Assembly: GCA_944363635.1 (NCBI GenBank)
Contig: CALVUP010000007.1
Span: 1,666-65,665, forward strand
Reading direction: 5' to 3'
DNA length: 64,000 bases
DNA from: an uncultured Bacilli bacterium
GTDB taxonomy: Bacteria; Bacillota_I; Bacilli_A; RF39; UBA660
The notes under the pieces were generated by a model. The model saw nothing but the letters and a program-made list of their open reading frames with translations. It had not been told where the DNA came from and ran no database searches. Both the position numbers and the translations under genes were made by a program. How positions within the stretch are numbered: the first letter of the stretch is position 1; each line of letters begins with the position of its first letter. Below, in pieces: positions 22,539 through 32,772 of the stretch.

Positions 22539-23060
22539 ATGATAGAAGCAACATATGTAATGATAAAACCAAATATTGCCAAATTGGAGGCATCTTTAAA
22601 AGACCCAATCGTAAAAGATATCATTTCTAGATATAATGCTTGTGGGTTAGATGTTATTGCGATGAAAAAAGCACGTTTGACTTTAGAACAAGCAGAAGTT
22701 CATTACGATCATTTAAAGGATGAAGATTTCTTTGAAGAATTAACAAATTTCATGGCTGATGAAGTGATTGAAATGATTGTTATTGGAGAAAATGCCGTTG
22801 AAGTTGTTCGAAAAATCAATGGACCGACCAATGTGTTAAAAGCTAGAAAAGAATCTCCAAATTCGATTCGAGCTTTGTATGGAGATCCTAATTTTGCGTG
22901 TGCAAATGCTATACATGCATCGGATTCAAAAGAAAATGCGGAAATTGAAATCAATCGTTTTTTCCCAGAACTTCATTTCAAACAACCAAAATTTTTAAAT
23001 ATTCCAGAGGCTAAACGAAGCTTGGTAAAACATAAATATCTTGCAAATAAAAGTATGTAA
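22539..23060 (+). CDS. ndk: nucleoside diphosphate kinase
   Basis: VMIKPN N-terminus and NAIHASDS active-site region (NxxHGSD pattern). Confidence 0.8.
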   Translation: MIEATYVMIKPNIAKLEASLKDPIVKDIISRYNACGLDVIAMKKARLTLEQAEVHYDHLKDEDFFEELTNFMADEVIEMIVIGENAVEVVRKINGPTNVLKARKESPNSIRALYGDPNFACANAIHASDSKENAEIEINRFFPELHFKQPKFLNIPEAKRSLVKHKYLANKSM

Positions 23061-23077
23061 ATTTACATACTTTTTTA
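23052..23077 (+). terminator. Rho-independent terminator
   Basis: agtatgtaaa / tttacatact palindrome followed by tttttt. Confidence 0.65.
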
Positions 23078-23137
23078 CTGCTTAAATTTATTGAATATAG
23101 AATGTGTGGTATACTAAGTATGGAGTGTGAGTGCAGT

Positions 23138-25006
23138 ATGAAAGATAAACATAAAAAAACAAAAAATAAAAAAATGGTTTTTCTTTTTCTTTTCTTATTA
23201 TTCCTAGTTTTTTTACTTTTTGGTATAGGTTATTTTTATCGTGTCAAAACAAAAGAAAATATTAATGCGAAAGCCGTGGAATATTTTGAAAGTATAGAGG
23301 CCGAAAAAGATTTTGGTAAAGAGAAAGAACAAGTTGCTTATTCTTCTAAATGTGCTTCTGTTATTCGTTATCCTATTCTTTCGATTTCAAGTATTGATCA
23401 AGATTTAGAAGAAAAAGTAGAGACGATGGAAAATGCTTTTTATCAGAAGTATAAAAGTAAAGGAATTTCACTTGGGAAGATTCAGTATTATTTATTTATC
23501 GATTATGAAACTTTTTATGGTGTTGATGATGTTATTAGTGTTGTATACCATCAAACCATTTTAGATAAGGATGGTAAGGTTATATCTGAAAAAGTGAACC
23601 CTTATCATTATACATTGCAGACAAAAGAAGAAATCACAGATACTTATATTTTTATATCTGGATATGAAAAGAAAATTAGTACTTATTTAGAGAATTATTA
23701 TAAAGAAAAAGAGGGATTAACGCAAAACTATGCAGATACTACTTATGAACAAACTTCTTATAATTATATTTTAACCAGTAATGGTGTATATGTTTATTTA
23801 TTAAAAAAAGATTTATATAATACAGATGGTATCGAAAAAGTTGAAATTCCATTTGATGCTTTAAAAGATATTATGAATTTAGATGTCTCTAAAAAAGTAG
23901 AAAGTTTAAAAGAAACTTCTAAAGAAGAAAGAGAGTCTTTCAAGGAAGATCATAAAAAAGTTTTTATCAAACAAAAGACCAATGTTTATGAAAAAAATAA
24001 TAAAAACAGTACGTTTTTAGGGGTATTAAATAAAGGAGATTATATTGAACAGATTGCTGTAGGCGATCATTTTATAAAAGTAAAATATCAAAAGAAAGAA
24101 GGATATATTTCTTTATCATCTATTTCTTATGAAGCAATTGCTAAAGAAGGTTATGCGTTGGTTGATGATACGATTTTGTTAAAAAAGGGAACAGTGATCT
24201 ATGTAGATGATTCATCCGCTTCAAGTCAAATAACGACACTTTCTAAAATGAAATCGGTTGTACGTATCGGGAAAACAAAAGATTGGCATGAAATTCTTTA
24301 TGAGGACTCTATTGCATTTGTGAAAACTTCAGGGATTGTAACGGATGTACAAGGAAAAACACCAATTTCTATTTCGAAAAATAGAAAGTTGGATCCAAAT
24401 AAGCCTATGGTGGCTTTGACATTTGATGATGGGCCAAATCCAACGTCAACCAATAAAATTTTAGATGTTTTAGAACAATATGGTGCGGTTGCTACTTTCT
24501 TTGATTTAGCCAATCTTATGGAACAATATCCATCTGTTGTCCAAAGAGAAGAGGAAATTGGATGTGAAGTGGGTACGCATACCTATTCTCATGTGGATTT
24601 AACAAAGTTATCTATAGAAGGGTTACAGGAGGAAATGGATAAATCTTCAAAGGTTTTTAATAGGGTGTTAGGTCATGATCAGGTACTTGTAAGAGCTCCA
24701 TATGGTAGTGTCAACAATCAGGTTCGAAAATATCTAGGATATCCAATGATTGGTTGGGATATTGATACTTTAGATTGGAAATATAGAAATAAAGATAAAA
24801 TTTTAAATGAAGTACGTAAGATAAAAGATTATGATGGTCGTATTATCTTGATGCATTCTATTTATAATACGACAGCTGAAGCTGTAGAAGTATTAGTCCC
24901 AGAACTGATAAATAAGGGATATCAGCTTGTAACGGTTTCAGAACTTGCAAAATACAATGGTTATGATTATTTGAATCATGGAACAGTGTATTATAGTTTT
25001 CGATAA
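23138..25006 (+). CDS. membrane-anchored polysaccharide deacetylase (NodB domain) with SH3b-like repeats
   Basis: N-terminal TM segment; C-terminal VALTFDDGPNPTSTNKILDVLEQYGAVATFF NodB motif; two SH3_3-like segments mid-protein. Confidence 0.8.
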   Translation: MKDKHKKTKNKKMVFLFLFLLFLVFLLFGIGYFYRVKTKENINAKAVEYFESIEAEKDFGKEKEQVAYSSKCASVIRYPILSISSIDQDLEEKVETMENAFYQKYKSKGISLGKIQYYLFIDYETFYGVDDVISVVYHQTILDKDGKVISEKVNPYHYTLQTKEEITDTYIFISGYEKKISTYLENYYKEKEGLTQNYADTTYEQTSYNYILTSNGVYVYLLKKDLYNTDGIEKVEIPFDALKDIMNLDVSKKVESLKETSKEERESFKEDHKKVFIKQKTNVYEKNNKNSTFLGVLNKGDYIEQIAVGDHFIKVKYQKKEGYISLSSISYEAIAKEGYALVDDTILLKKGTVIYVDDSSASSQITTLSKMKSVVRIGKTKDWHEILYEDSIAFVKTSGIVTDVQGKTPISISKNRKLDPNKPMVALTFDDGPNPTSTNKILDVLEQYGAVATFFDLANLMEQYPSVVQREEEIGCEVGTHTYSHVDLTKLSIEGLQEEMDKSSKVFNRVLGHDQVLVRAPYGSVNNQVRKYLGYPMIGWDIDTLDWKYRNKDKILNEVRKIKDYDGRIILMHSIYNTTAEAVEVLVPELINKGYQLVTVSELAKYNGYDYLNHGTVYYSFR

Positions 25007-25007
25007 A

Positions 25008-25039
25008 AGAGATTGAACTATTGACGTCAATCTTTTTTC
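25008..25039 (+). terminator. Rho-independent terminator
   Basis: agattga ... tcaatct followed by tttt. Confidence 0.5.
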
Positions 25040-25087
25040 GTTTTAAAATAATTATAGTAATAATAGGAGTACTGATAGGTGAAGAAA

Positions 25088-26992
25088 ATGAAAAAAAATA
25101 AAAAAGGGTTTAGCTTAGTTGAATTGTTAGTTGTTATTGCTATTATTGGTGTTTTACTTTTGATTTCTTTTCCTTTAATTAATCATTTGGTGGCGAGAAA
25201 TAATAAAAGTAAATATGATGCTTATCGAGATATGGTTGAAGAAGCAACAAAAATCTATATGGATGAGCTAGGATTTAAGATATCGGGATGTTATTCTTTA
25301 TCGGCAAGTGAATTACAAGCACAAGGGCTTCTTAGTAATTTTTCGGAACAAGATTTAGATGCGGATGTTTTTATTTATACGGATGAAGAAGGGAATATAG
25401 ATGATATAAAAATTAACATTTATGATGAATCTTTGGAAGATCCATCTACATGCAATGAAAGTGGTTTTGGAGAGTGTGAAATTGTAGATTGGAATGAAAT
25501 ACTCGCATGTAAATATGAAATCGTACAAGATCAAAGTGCTTATGGACAAAATGCAGACTTTTCTGGAGCGAATGCTCCAAGATTAAAAGAAAAGATGATT
25601 CCTGTAAAATATGATGGAGAAAATTGGGTAGTCGCAGATGTAAATAATTATAAATATTCATATGTCTTTGAGGAAGATTATTCTTGGTATAATTATAATG
25701 ATGGTTATTGGGCTAATGCAATTTATGTAAAAGAGGATGCCTATTCAAAGTATGTTACAAATGGTGAGTTTACTATGCAAAAGATTGTGAGTGAGGATGA
25801 TGTATTATCATGGTGGGTATGGATTCCAAGGTTTGCTTATAAACGTGATAATCGTGATTATCTTATAGAGTTTTTAAAGGATACGGATTCAAATGTATCA
25901 AGCGGGTATCAAATCGCAGAAGCTTTTGTTGACCCAGATTATAATAGTGATGCTACAAACGAAGAACTTGATAAAAAGTATTCTGAAGATTATGGCTTTT
26001 GGGTAGGAAAATATGAGCTTGGAAAAGAAGGAGATACCTATGTTGTAAAACAACAAGATGATGCTTCTAATTATCTTACGAAGCAAACAGCGACGGAATT
26101 TATAAATGCGGGTACTCAAATCACAGGAGCACATACCATTCGTAACAAAGAATGGAATACAGTCACATTATTATCTTTATCTAAATATGGGAGTGAAGAT
26201 TCTTCGTCTGAATATACGACAGATAATAATAGCGGGGTTTATAATATGGCATCAAATGTAGAGTTTACGGCAGGAAATTTAAGAGGACTTACCAATTTTA
26301 ATATTAAAGTTACTTGTGAAAATAGTTGTAATGATAATGGAGAATCTGTAGTTACAGCTGAAGAAACGACAGTAAATACTTCTGGCTCAACAAGTGGTTG
26401 GCTTTTTCGCCCTTATGATAAAAAGAATTATTGTAATCCAAATGCTTATGATAAAAATACGGCTGTAACTGCTTGTTTGTTAATCGTAATGGATGGAGGA
26501 ATTCCTACATTAATTACCGATAATGATGTAGATATATATAATATGAATTATCATTGGTATGCATCAGGTAGTATTCTGGATTCTTATACTTGTGATACGA
26601 ATTTTTGTGTTTATGGTCCAAATGGTAGTACAATTAAGTCACCAAATAAAGTAGACAGTGATGCATTTTTAACTTATAGTAGTTTTAGATCTGGTTATCC
26701 AAGATTTTCACTTACTTATAATGACGATGGTACTTGGACACGAAAAACAACAGCAGTTTCTGGTCAGGTGACAAATGCTTATTTATGGACTTTCCGAGGA
26801 AATAATAATATTTCTTCTACAAGTTACTATGATGATATTACGATTGATTATGATGAAATGATGGAAAAATTAAATAATACTTGCCAGCCACAACTTACTT
26901 GTACAGAAGAAGATAAAAAGACAACAACGAAAACGGTTTATCAATCTTCTTATACTGAGTATGATGCTAGAACTCGAGTAGTAATTCGTTAA
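25088..26992 (+). CDS. large modular prepilin-type protein (637 aa), paralog A
   Basis: MKKNKKG|FSLVELLVVIAIIGVLLLISFPLINHL class III signal and a roughly 590-aa Cys/Thr-rich C-terminal domain. AGGTGA RBS. Confidence 0.75.
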   Translation: MKKNKKGFSLVELLVVIAIIGVLLLISFPLINHLVARNNKSKYDAYRDMVEEATKIYMDELGFKISGCYSLSASELQAQGLLSNFSEQDLDADVFIYTDEEGNIDDIKINIYDESLEDPSTCNESGFGECEIVDWNEILACKYEIVQDQSAYGQNADFSGANAPRLKEKMIPVKYDGENWVVADVNNYKYSYVFEEDYSWYNYNDGYWANAIYVKEDAYSKYVTNGEFTMQKIVSEDDVLSWWVWIPRFAYKRDNRDYLIEFLKDTDSNVSSGYQIAEAFVDPDYNSDATNEELDKKYSEDYGFWVGKYELGKEGDTYVVKQQDDASNYLTKQTATEFINAGTQITGAHTIRNKEWNTVTLLSLSKYGSEDSSSEYTTDNNSGVYNMASNVEFTAGNLRGLTNFNIKVTCENSCNDNGESVVTAEETTVNTSGSTSGWLFRPYDKKNYCNPNAYDKNTAVTACLLIVMDGGIPTLITDNDVDIYNMNYHWYASGSILDSYTCDTNFCVYGPNGSTIKSPNKVDSDAFLTYSSFRSGYPRFSLTYNDDGTWTRKTTAVSGQVTNAYLWTFRGNNNISSTSYYDDITIDYDEMMEKLNNTCQPQLTCTEEDKKTTTKTVYQSSYTEYDARTRVVIR

Positions 26993-27009
26993 ATAAAGAG
27001 AGTGATGCT

Positions 27010-27933
27010 ATGCAATATTTAGAAGAATATATTAGGTATTTAACTTATGAAAAACAATATTCAAAATATACGGTTGTGAACTATGAAAGCGATATTTTAG
27101 AATTCATGGAATATTTGGGTCAAGAGGGGATTTCATTACTAAAAATTGATTACTCTCTTATTCGTGGTTATCTTAGTTATTTATTTAATGAAAAAAAAGA
27201 TAATAATACGACAGTCAGCAGAAAAATCAGCTCTTTAAGAGGTTTCTATAAATATCTATCCAATCATGGGTTAATTAAAAATAATCCTTTTCGTTTAGTC
27301 TCATTACCTAAAAAAAACAAACATTTGCCAAAATATTTCTATTATAATGAATTAGAAGAATTATTTAATAGTTGTGATACAAAAACACCTCTTGGTCAAA
27401 GAGATGAACTTATTTTAGAAATGCTTTATGCAACAGGAGTGCGCGTGAGTGAGCTTGTTAATATTCAAGTTGCAGATATTAATACGTATGATATGACGAT
27501 TAAAATATTAGGAAAGGGTAATAAAGAGAGAATTGTTTCTTTTGGAGAATATGCAAAAGATGCTTTGGATTTGTATATATCGGATGGTAGAAAAACTCTA
27601 AATACTAAAAATAGTAATTATTTGTTTTTAAATCATATAGGTGGACATCTTACAACGAGAGGGGTACGTGATATTTTAAATCGTATTATTAAGAAAACAA
27701 GTTTAGATAAAAATATTTCTCCCCATATGCTAAGACATACTTTTGCTACACATCTTATTAATGAGGGATGTGACCTGCTGGCTGTTTCTGAGTTGTTGGG
27801 CCACGAAAGTGTATCTGCAACGCAGATTTATACACATGTAACAACAGATCATCTAAAAGACGTTTATTTTCATACCCATCCGAGGGCTTATATAAATGAA
27901 AATGAGGATAAGTACAATGCAAACAAAGAGTAA
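27010..27933 (+). CDS. XerC/XerD-type tyrosine site-specific recombinase
   Basis: 307 aa; N-terminal core-binding domain; C-terminal R..K..HxxR..Y catalytic set (MLRHTFATHLI...LGH...IYTHV). Confidence 0.85.
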   Translation: MQYLEEYIRYLTYEKQYSKYTVVNYESDILEFMEYLGQEGISLLKIDYSLIRGYLSYLFNEKKDNNTTVSRKISSLRGFYKYLSNHGLIKNNPFRLVSLPKKNKHLPKYFYYNELEELFNSCDTKTPLGQRDELILEMLYATGVRVSELVNIQVADINTYDMTIKILGKGNKERIVSFGEYAKDALDLYISDGRKTLNTKNSNYLFLNHIGGHLTTRGVRDILNRIIKKTSLDKNISPHMLRHTFATHLINEGCDLLAVSELLGHESVSATQIYTHVTTDHLKDVYFHTHPRAYINENEDKYNANKE

Positions 27934-27949
27934 ATTGTACTCTTTTTTC
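27926..27949 (+). terminator. Rho-independent terminator overlapping the recombinase stop
   Basis: aagagta aattg tactctt followed by ttttc. Confidence 0.55.
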
Positions 27950-27978
27950 TTGACTCGAGGTGGGCTAATATTTATAAT
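27950..27978 (+). promoter_or_regulatory. sigmaA promoter for modular pilin paralog B
   Basis: ttgact - 17 nt - tataat. Confidence 0.6.
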
Positions 27979-28002
27979 AAATTCATAATAGGAGTGTGTA
28001 GC

Positions 28003-29733
28003 ATGAATAAAAAAGGATTTAGCTTAATTGAATTGTTAGTTGTTATTGCTATTATTGGTGTTTTACTTTTGATTTCTTTTCCTTTAATTAATCATCTCGT
28101 CGAAAAAAATAACGAACAGAAATATAATGCTTATCGGGGAGTTATACGCGAGGCGGCTAAGGTGTATATAGATGAACTTGGTTTTTTAATGTCTGGTTGT
28201 TATGAGATTAAAGATGGTGATAAAACAGGTTTTGAAGTGTTAGAAGAGGCTGGATTGCTTACGAATATAGAGGACGATTGTACGGGTACACGAGTTTATA
28301 TATTAATGAATAGTGAAGGAAAGCCTACAGATTATAAAGTGAATTTAATATGTAATGGCAAGGCGATTGGCAAACAAGAATATATCGAGAAAAAATGTGA
28401 ATATGAAGTAGTACAGTATAAAGATGCATTTAATTCCAATGTTGATCCGAATGTTAATTCTCCAGAACTAAATGCAAAAATGATTCCTATAAAGTATTAT
28501 AGGAAAGATAATACAGCACAATGGATTGTGGCAGATGAAAACAATCTTAAAACTTCTTCCGTATTTGAGGAGGATTATGCTTGGTATCTTTATAATCAAG
28601 ATTATTTAGCGAATGCAGTTTATGTTAATGAAGATGCTTATTCAAAATATGTACAAGATGGTAAGTTCCAAGTAGGCACAAAGCTTGATGAGGAAGATGT
28701 TACAAGCTGGTGGGTATGGATTCCAAGATTTGAGTATAATAATACGGATATTCATTATCTTATAAATACACGTAAGGCAATGAAGGAGGGATATAAGGTT
28801 CATCCGGCTTTTACAACTACACAGCAAACAGGAAAGAAAGAATTAACTGGTTTTTGGATAAATAAAAATATTAATTTAAAGTCAGCTGTTGATGAAAATG
28901 GAAGTATTGTAGGGGATGATATGCATAGTATTCAAGAATATTTGGATTATGGTATTGACTTTTCTAAAGAAAACCAGTCTCATGTAACACGCGATTTGGA
29001 ATTTAATGCGGCTTACTTAATTAATTCTGATAATGAGACTAAAATTAATGATATGGATCAAGTTCAGTTTACAGGTGGAAATTATGGAGGAGGAAGCGCC
29101 TATCGCTTTAATAATGCTATAGCAAATATTTATTATATTGGTTCCTCAGGATCTAAAGGAGAGATTATTACAGAATGTAAGTGGGATCATTACGATGGCT
29201 TGCGTTTAACGACATATTATGATTGCAGTAACAATTGGAAGATTTGTGCTTTAAAAACAAATGAAGATTATATGGAAGGAAATATTTCAAAATGTGTAGA
29301 GGGTAGATGTACAAAAGTACTCAAAATGCGCTTAAAAGCTTCTCCTAATGGTGTGGTTTCTTTTACAAATGATGAAAAATCAAGTTTGTGGTACAAATAT
29401 ATTGATATTTATGATGACTATGTAAAAAATCAAATGTATATTGACGATTTGTGTTCTAAAACTGATTTTAATGCTTCGTCTTCAGCTAGTTTTCAATCTC
29501 CTTGGACATTTCGAAAATCAGATTATAACGAGGTGGTTCATAGTGCATCTTATAGTGTCACCTATAATTTTTCGTCTTTGTATAGTCAATTAAATAAAGA
29601 GTTTCTTGCTAGTAATAATATAGGGCATACAACGAATATGACAGGCAAAACAGTTAAAATATCGGCTACACTAGGTACAAATCCTTTGGATCGTGTGTTT
29701 TCTTACGGTACAAGGCTTTCTATGTATTATTAA
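28003..29733 (+). CDS. large modular prepilin-type protein (579 aa), paralog B
   Basis: MNKKG|FSLIELLVVIAIIGVLLLISFPLINHL. Shares the SWWVWIPRF-Y block and an identical 68-nt 5' segment with paralog A. AGGAGTG RBS. Confidence 0.75.
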   Translation: MNKKGFSLIELLVVIAIIGVLLLISFPLINHLVEKNNEQKYNAYRGVIREAAKVYIDELGFLMSGCYEIKDGDKTGFEVLEEAGLLTNIEDDCTGTRVYILMNSEGKPTDYKVNLICNGKAIGKQEYIEKKCEYEVVQYKDAFNSNVDPNVNSPELNAKMIPIKYYRKDNTAQWIVADENNLKTSSVFEEDYAWYLYNQDYLANAVYVNEDAYSKYVQDGKFQVGTKLDEEDVTSWWVWIPRFEYNNTDIHYLINTRKAMKEGYKVHPAFTTTQQTGKKELTGFWINKNINLKSAVDENGSIVGDDMHSIQEYLDYGIDFSKENQSHVTRDLEFNAAYLINSDNETKINDMDQVQFTGGNYGGGSAYRFNNAIANIYYIGSSGSKGEIITECKWDHYDGLRLTTYYDCSNNWKICALKTNEDYMEGNISKCVEGRCTKVLKMRLKASPNGVVSFTNDEKSSLWYKYIDIYDDYVKNQMYIDDLCSKTDFNASSSASFQSPWTFRKSDYNEVVHSASYSVTYNFSSLYSQLNKEFLASNNIGHTTNMTGKTVKISATLGTNPLDRVFSYGTRLSMYY

Positions 29734-29825
29734 TGTCATTTTCTGTAAAAAAGTGGCATTTTTTATTGAATATTTTTTGTCTTATTGTTATACTATAAGG
29801 GTATGAAAAGAAAGGAGAAAATATC

Positions 29826-32462
29826 ATGAAATTTGTTTATTTATTTAAAGAAGGTAACGCTGACATGAGAGCCCTTTTAGGTGGTAAGGGTGCTAATTTA
29901 GCAGAAATGACAAATTTAGGTTTACCAATTCCACAAGGGTTTACCGTTACTACAGAAGCTTGTACGGATTATTACAAGAATGGAAAAACAATTTCGGAAG
30001 AAATTCAAAGCCAAATTTTTGATGCTTTAAAAGTATTAGAAGAAATGCAAGGTAAGAAATTTGGTGATAATTCAGATCCACTTTTGGTTTCTGTTCGTAG
30101 TGGAGCTCGTGCTTCTATGCCTGGTATGATGGATACAATTTTAAACTTAGGTTTAAATGATGAAGCTGTAGAAGGCTTTGCCGCTAAAACAGGAAATCCA
30201 AGATTTGCTTATGATTCTTATAGAAGATTCATTCAAATGTATTCTGATGTTGTTATGGAGGTTCCTAAATCATTCTTTGAAAAAATCATTGATGAGGTAA
30301 AAGAAGCTAAGGGAGTTCAATACGATACAGAACTTACTACAGAAGATTTAAAAGAGTTAGTTACTCGTTTTAAAGCTGTATATAAAGAAGCTATGAATGG
30401 GGAAGAATTCCCACAAGATCCAAAAGAACAATTAATGGGGGCTGTTAAAGCCGTATTTAGATCATGGGATAACCCAAGAGCTATCGTTTATAGAAGAATG
30501 AATGATATCCCTGGTGATTGGGGAACAGCTGTTAATGTTCAAGCTATGGTGTTTGGTAACATGGGAGATACTTCTGGTACTGGTGTTGCCTTTACTCGTA
30601 ATCCAGCTACTGGAGAAAAAGGCATTTTTGGTGAATACTTAATTAATGCACAAGGTGAGGATGTTGTTGCAGGAGTTCGTACTCCACAACCTATTTCTAA
30701 ACTTGCAGATGATATGCCTGAAGTTTATAAAGAATTTATGGAAATAGCTCATAAGTTAGAAGATCATTATAGAGATATGCAAGATATGGAGTTTACGATT
30801 CAAGAAGGAAAACTTTATTTCTTACAAACACGTAATGGAAAAAGAACAGCGCATGCTGCAATTAAAATTGCTTGTGATTTAGTAGACGAAGGTATGATTA
30901 CGAAAGAAGAAGCTGTACTTCGTATTGAAGCAAAATCACTTGATCAATTGTTGCATCCAACATTTAATACAGAAGCATTAAAGAATGGAGAAGTTATTGG
31001 AACTGCTCTTCCAGCATCACCTGGAGCTGCGGCTGGTAAAGTATATTTTACTGCAGAAGATGCTAAAGCTGCTGGTAAAGGTGGACGTGGCGAAAGAGTT
31101 ATCTTAGTTCGTCTTGAAACTTCACCAGAAGATATTGAAGGTATGAATGCCAGTCAAGGTATTTTAACAGTTCGTGGTGGTATGACATCACATGCTGCTG
31201 TTGTTGCTCGTGGTATGGGTACTTGCTGTGTATCTGGATGTGGCGATATTAAAATCGATGAAGAAAAGAAAGAATTTACTTTAGGTGGTTATACATTCCA
31301 TGAAGGAGATTATATTTCATTAGATGGTACAACTGGTAAAATCTATAAAGGAGATATTGCTACTGAGGAAGCTTCTGTTGGTGGAGACTTTGGTAGAATT
31401 ATGGCTTGGGCTGATGAAATTCGTACTTTACGTGTAAGAACAAATGCAGATAATCCAAGAGATACATTAAATGCTATTAAGCTTGGTGCTGAAGGTATTG
31501 GTCTTTGTCGTACAGAGCATATGTTCTTTGATGAAGAAAGAATTCCAAAAATCAGAAAGATGATTTTATCTGATACAACGGAAGAAAGAGAAGAAGCTTT
31601 GAATGAATTAATTCCATTCCAAAAAGGAGATTTCAAAGCTATGTATGAAGCTTTAGAAGGAAAACCAATGACAGTACGTTATTTGGATCCACCTCTACAT
31701 GAATTCTTACCTACAACAGAAGAAGATATTAAAGCTTTAGCAGAAGATATGCATATTTCAGTAGAACAAGTTAAAAATAAATGTGCTGAACTTCATGAAT
31801 TTAACCCTATGATGGGACACAGAGGTTGCCGTTTGGCTGTTACTTATCCAGAAATTGCTAGAATGCAAACAAGAGCGGTTATGGAAGCTGCTATTGAAGT
31901 AAAGGAAGAAAAAGGATATGATATTGTTCCTGAGATTATGATTCCACTTGTTGGAGAAAAGAAAGAATTAAAATTTGTTAAAGATGTTGTTGTTGAAACA
32001 GCAGAACAAGTTAAGAAAGAAAAGAATTCTGATATGCAATATCATATTGGTACTATGATTGAAATTCCAAGAGCTGCACTTACTGCAGATGAAATTGCTG
32101 AAGAAGCTGAATTCTTCTCGTTCGGAACAAATGATTTAACACAAATGACTTTTGGATTCTCAAGAGATGACGCTGGTAAATTCTTAGATTCTTATTATCA
32201 AGCTAAGATCTATGAATCTGATCCATTTGCTAAGTTAGATCAAAAAGGTGTTGGTCAATTGGTTAAAATGGCTGCTGAAAAAGGAAGAAAAACAAGACCT
32301 GATATTAAATTAGGTATTTGTGGTGAACATGGTGGAGATCCATCAAGTGTTGAGTTCTGCCATAATATTGGTTTGAATTATGTATCTTGTTCTCCATTTA
32401 GAGTTCCAATTGCACGCCTTGCTGCTGCACAAGCTGCTATACACGAAAAGGAGAATAATTAG
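29826..32462 (+). CDS. ppdK: pyruvate, phosphate dikinase
   Basis: 878 aa; phosphohistidine region GGMTSHAAVVARGMG; PEP-utilising C-terminal domain. Confidence 0.92.
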   Translation: MKFVYLFKEGNADMRALLGGKGANLAEMTNLGLPIPQGFTVTTEACTDYYKNGKTISEEIQSQIFDALKVLEEMQGKKFGDNSDPLLVSVRSGARASMPGMMDTILNLGLNDEAVEGFAAKTGNPRFAYDSYRRFIQMYSDVVMEVPKSFFEKIIDEVKEAKGVQYDTELTTEDLKELVTRFKAVYKEAMNGEEFPQDPKEQLMGAVKAVFRSWDNPRAIVYRRMNDIPGDWGTAVNVQAMVFGNMGDTSGTGVAFTRNPATGEKGIFGEYLINAQGEDVVAGVRTPQPISKLADDMPEVYKEFMEIAHKLEDHYRDMQDMEFTIQEGKLYFLQTRNGKRTAHAAIKIACDLVDEGMITKEEAVLRIEAKSLDQLLHPTFNTEALKNGEVIGTALPASPGAAAGKVYFTAEDAKAAGKGGRGERVILVRLETSPEDIEGMNASQGILTVRGGMTSHAAVVARGMGTCCVSGCGDIKIDEEKKEFTLGGYTFHEGDYISLDGTTGKIYKGDIATEEASVGGDFGRIMAWADEIRTLRVRTNADNPRDTLNAIKLGAEGIGLCRTEHMFFDEERIPKIRKMILSDTTEEREEALNELIPFQKGDFKAMYEALEGKPMTVRYLDPPLHEFLPTTEEDIKALAEDMHISVEQVKNKCAELHEFNPMMGHRGCRLAVTYPEIARMQTRAVMEAAIEVKEEKGYDIVPEIMIPLVGEKKELKFVKDVVVETAEQVKKEKNSDMQYHIGTMIEIPRAALTADEIAEEAEFFSFGTNDLTQMTFGFSRDDAGKFLDSYYQAKIYESDPFAKLDQKGVGQLVKMAAEKGRKTRPDIKLGICGEHGGDPSSVEFCHNIGLNYVSCSPFRVPIARLAAAQAAIHEKENN

Positions 32463-32545
32463 TCCACAGTTACAAATGGATTTAACCTTGTTTAATCATC
32501 GATAAAATATCACAATATAAGATCTAAGGGAAAAAGGACTAAATT

Positions 32546-32579
32546 AGACCAGAATTTCAAAAATTCTGGTCTTTTTTTA
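32546..32579 (+). terminator. Rho-independent terminator after ppdK
   Basis: agaccagaattt caaa aaattctggtct followed by ttttttt. Confidence 0.75.
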
Positions 32580-32772
32580 TGAAAAATAGTATTTTTTACC
32601 AAAAATTTAATGCTTGAGAAACGAGGTAAACTCGAATTGAATAAATGTTATGAAATCAAAAACATTGTATATTCATTTTTTAAATTTATATAAATAACAA
32701 AATATAAAACTATCGATTTTTATGGTAAGATATAATTAACCAATTAAAATCATCTTAGATTGGAGGTTAATT

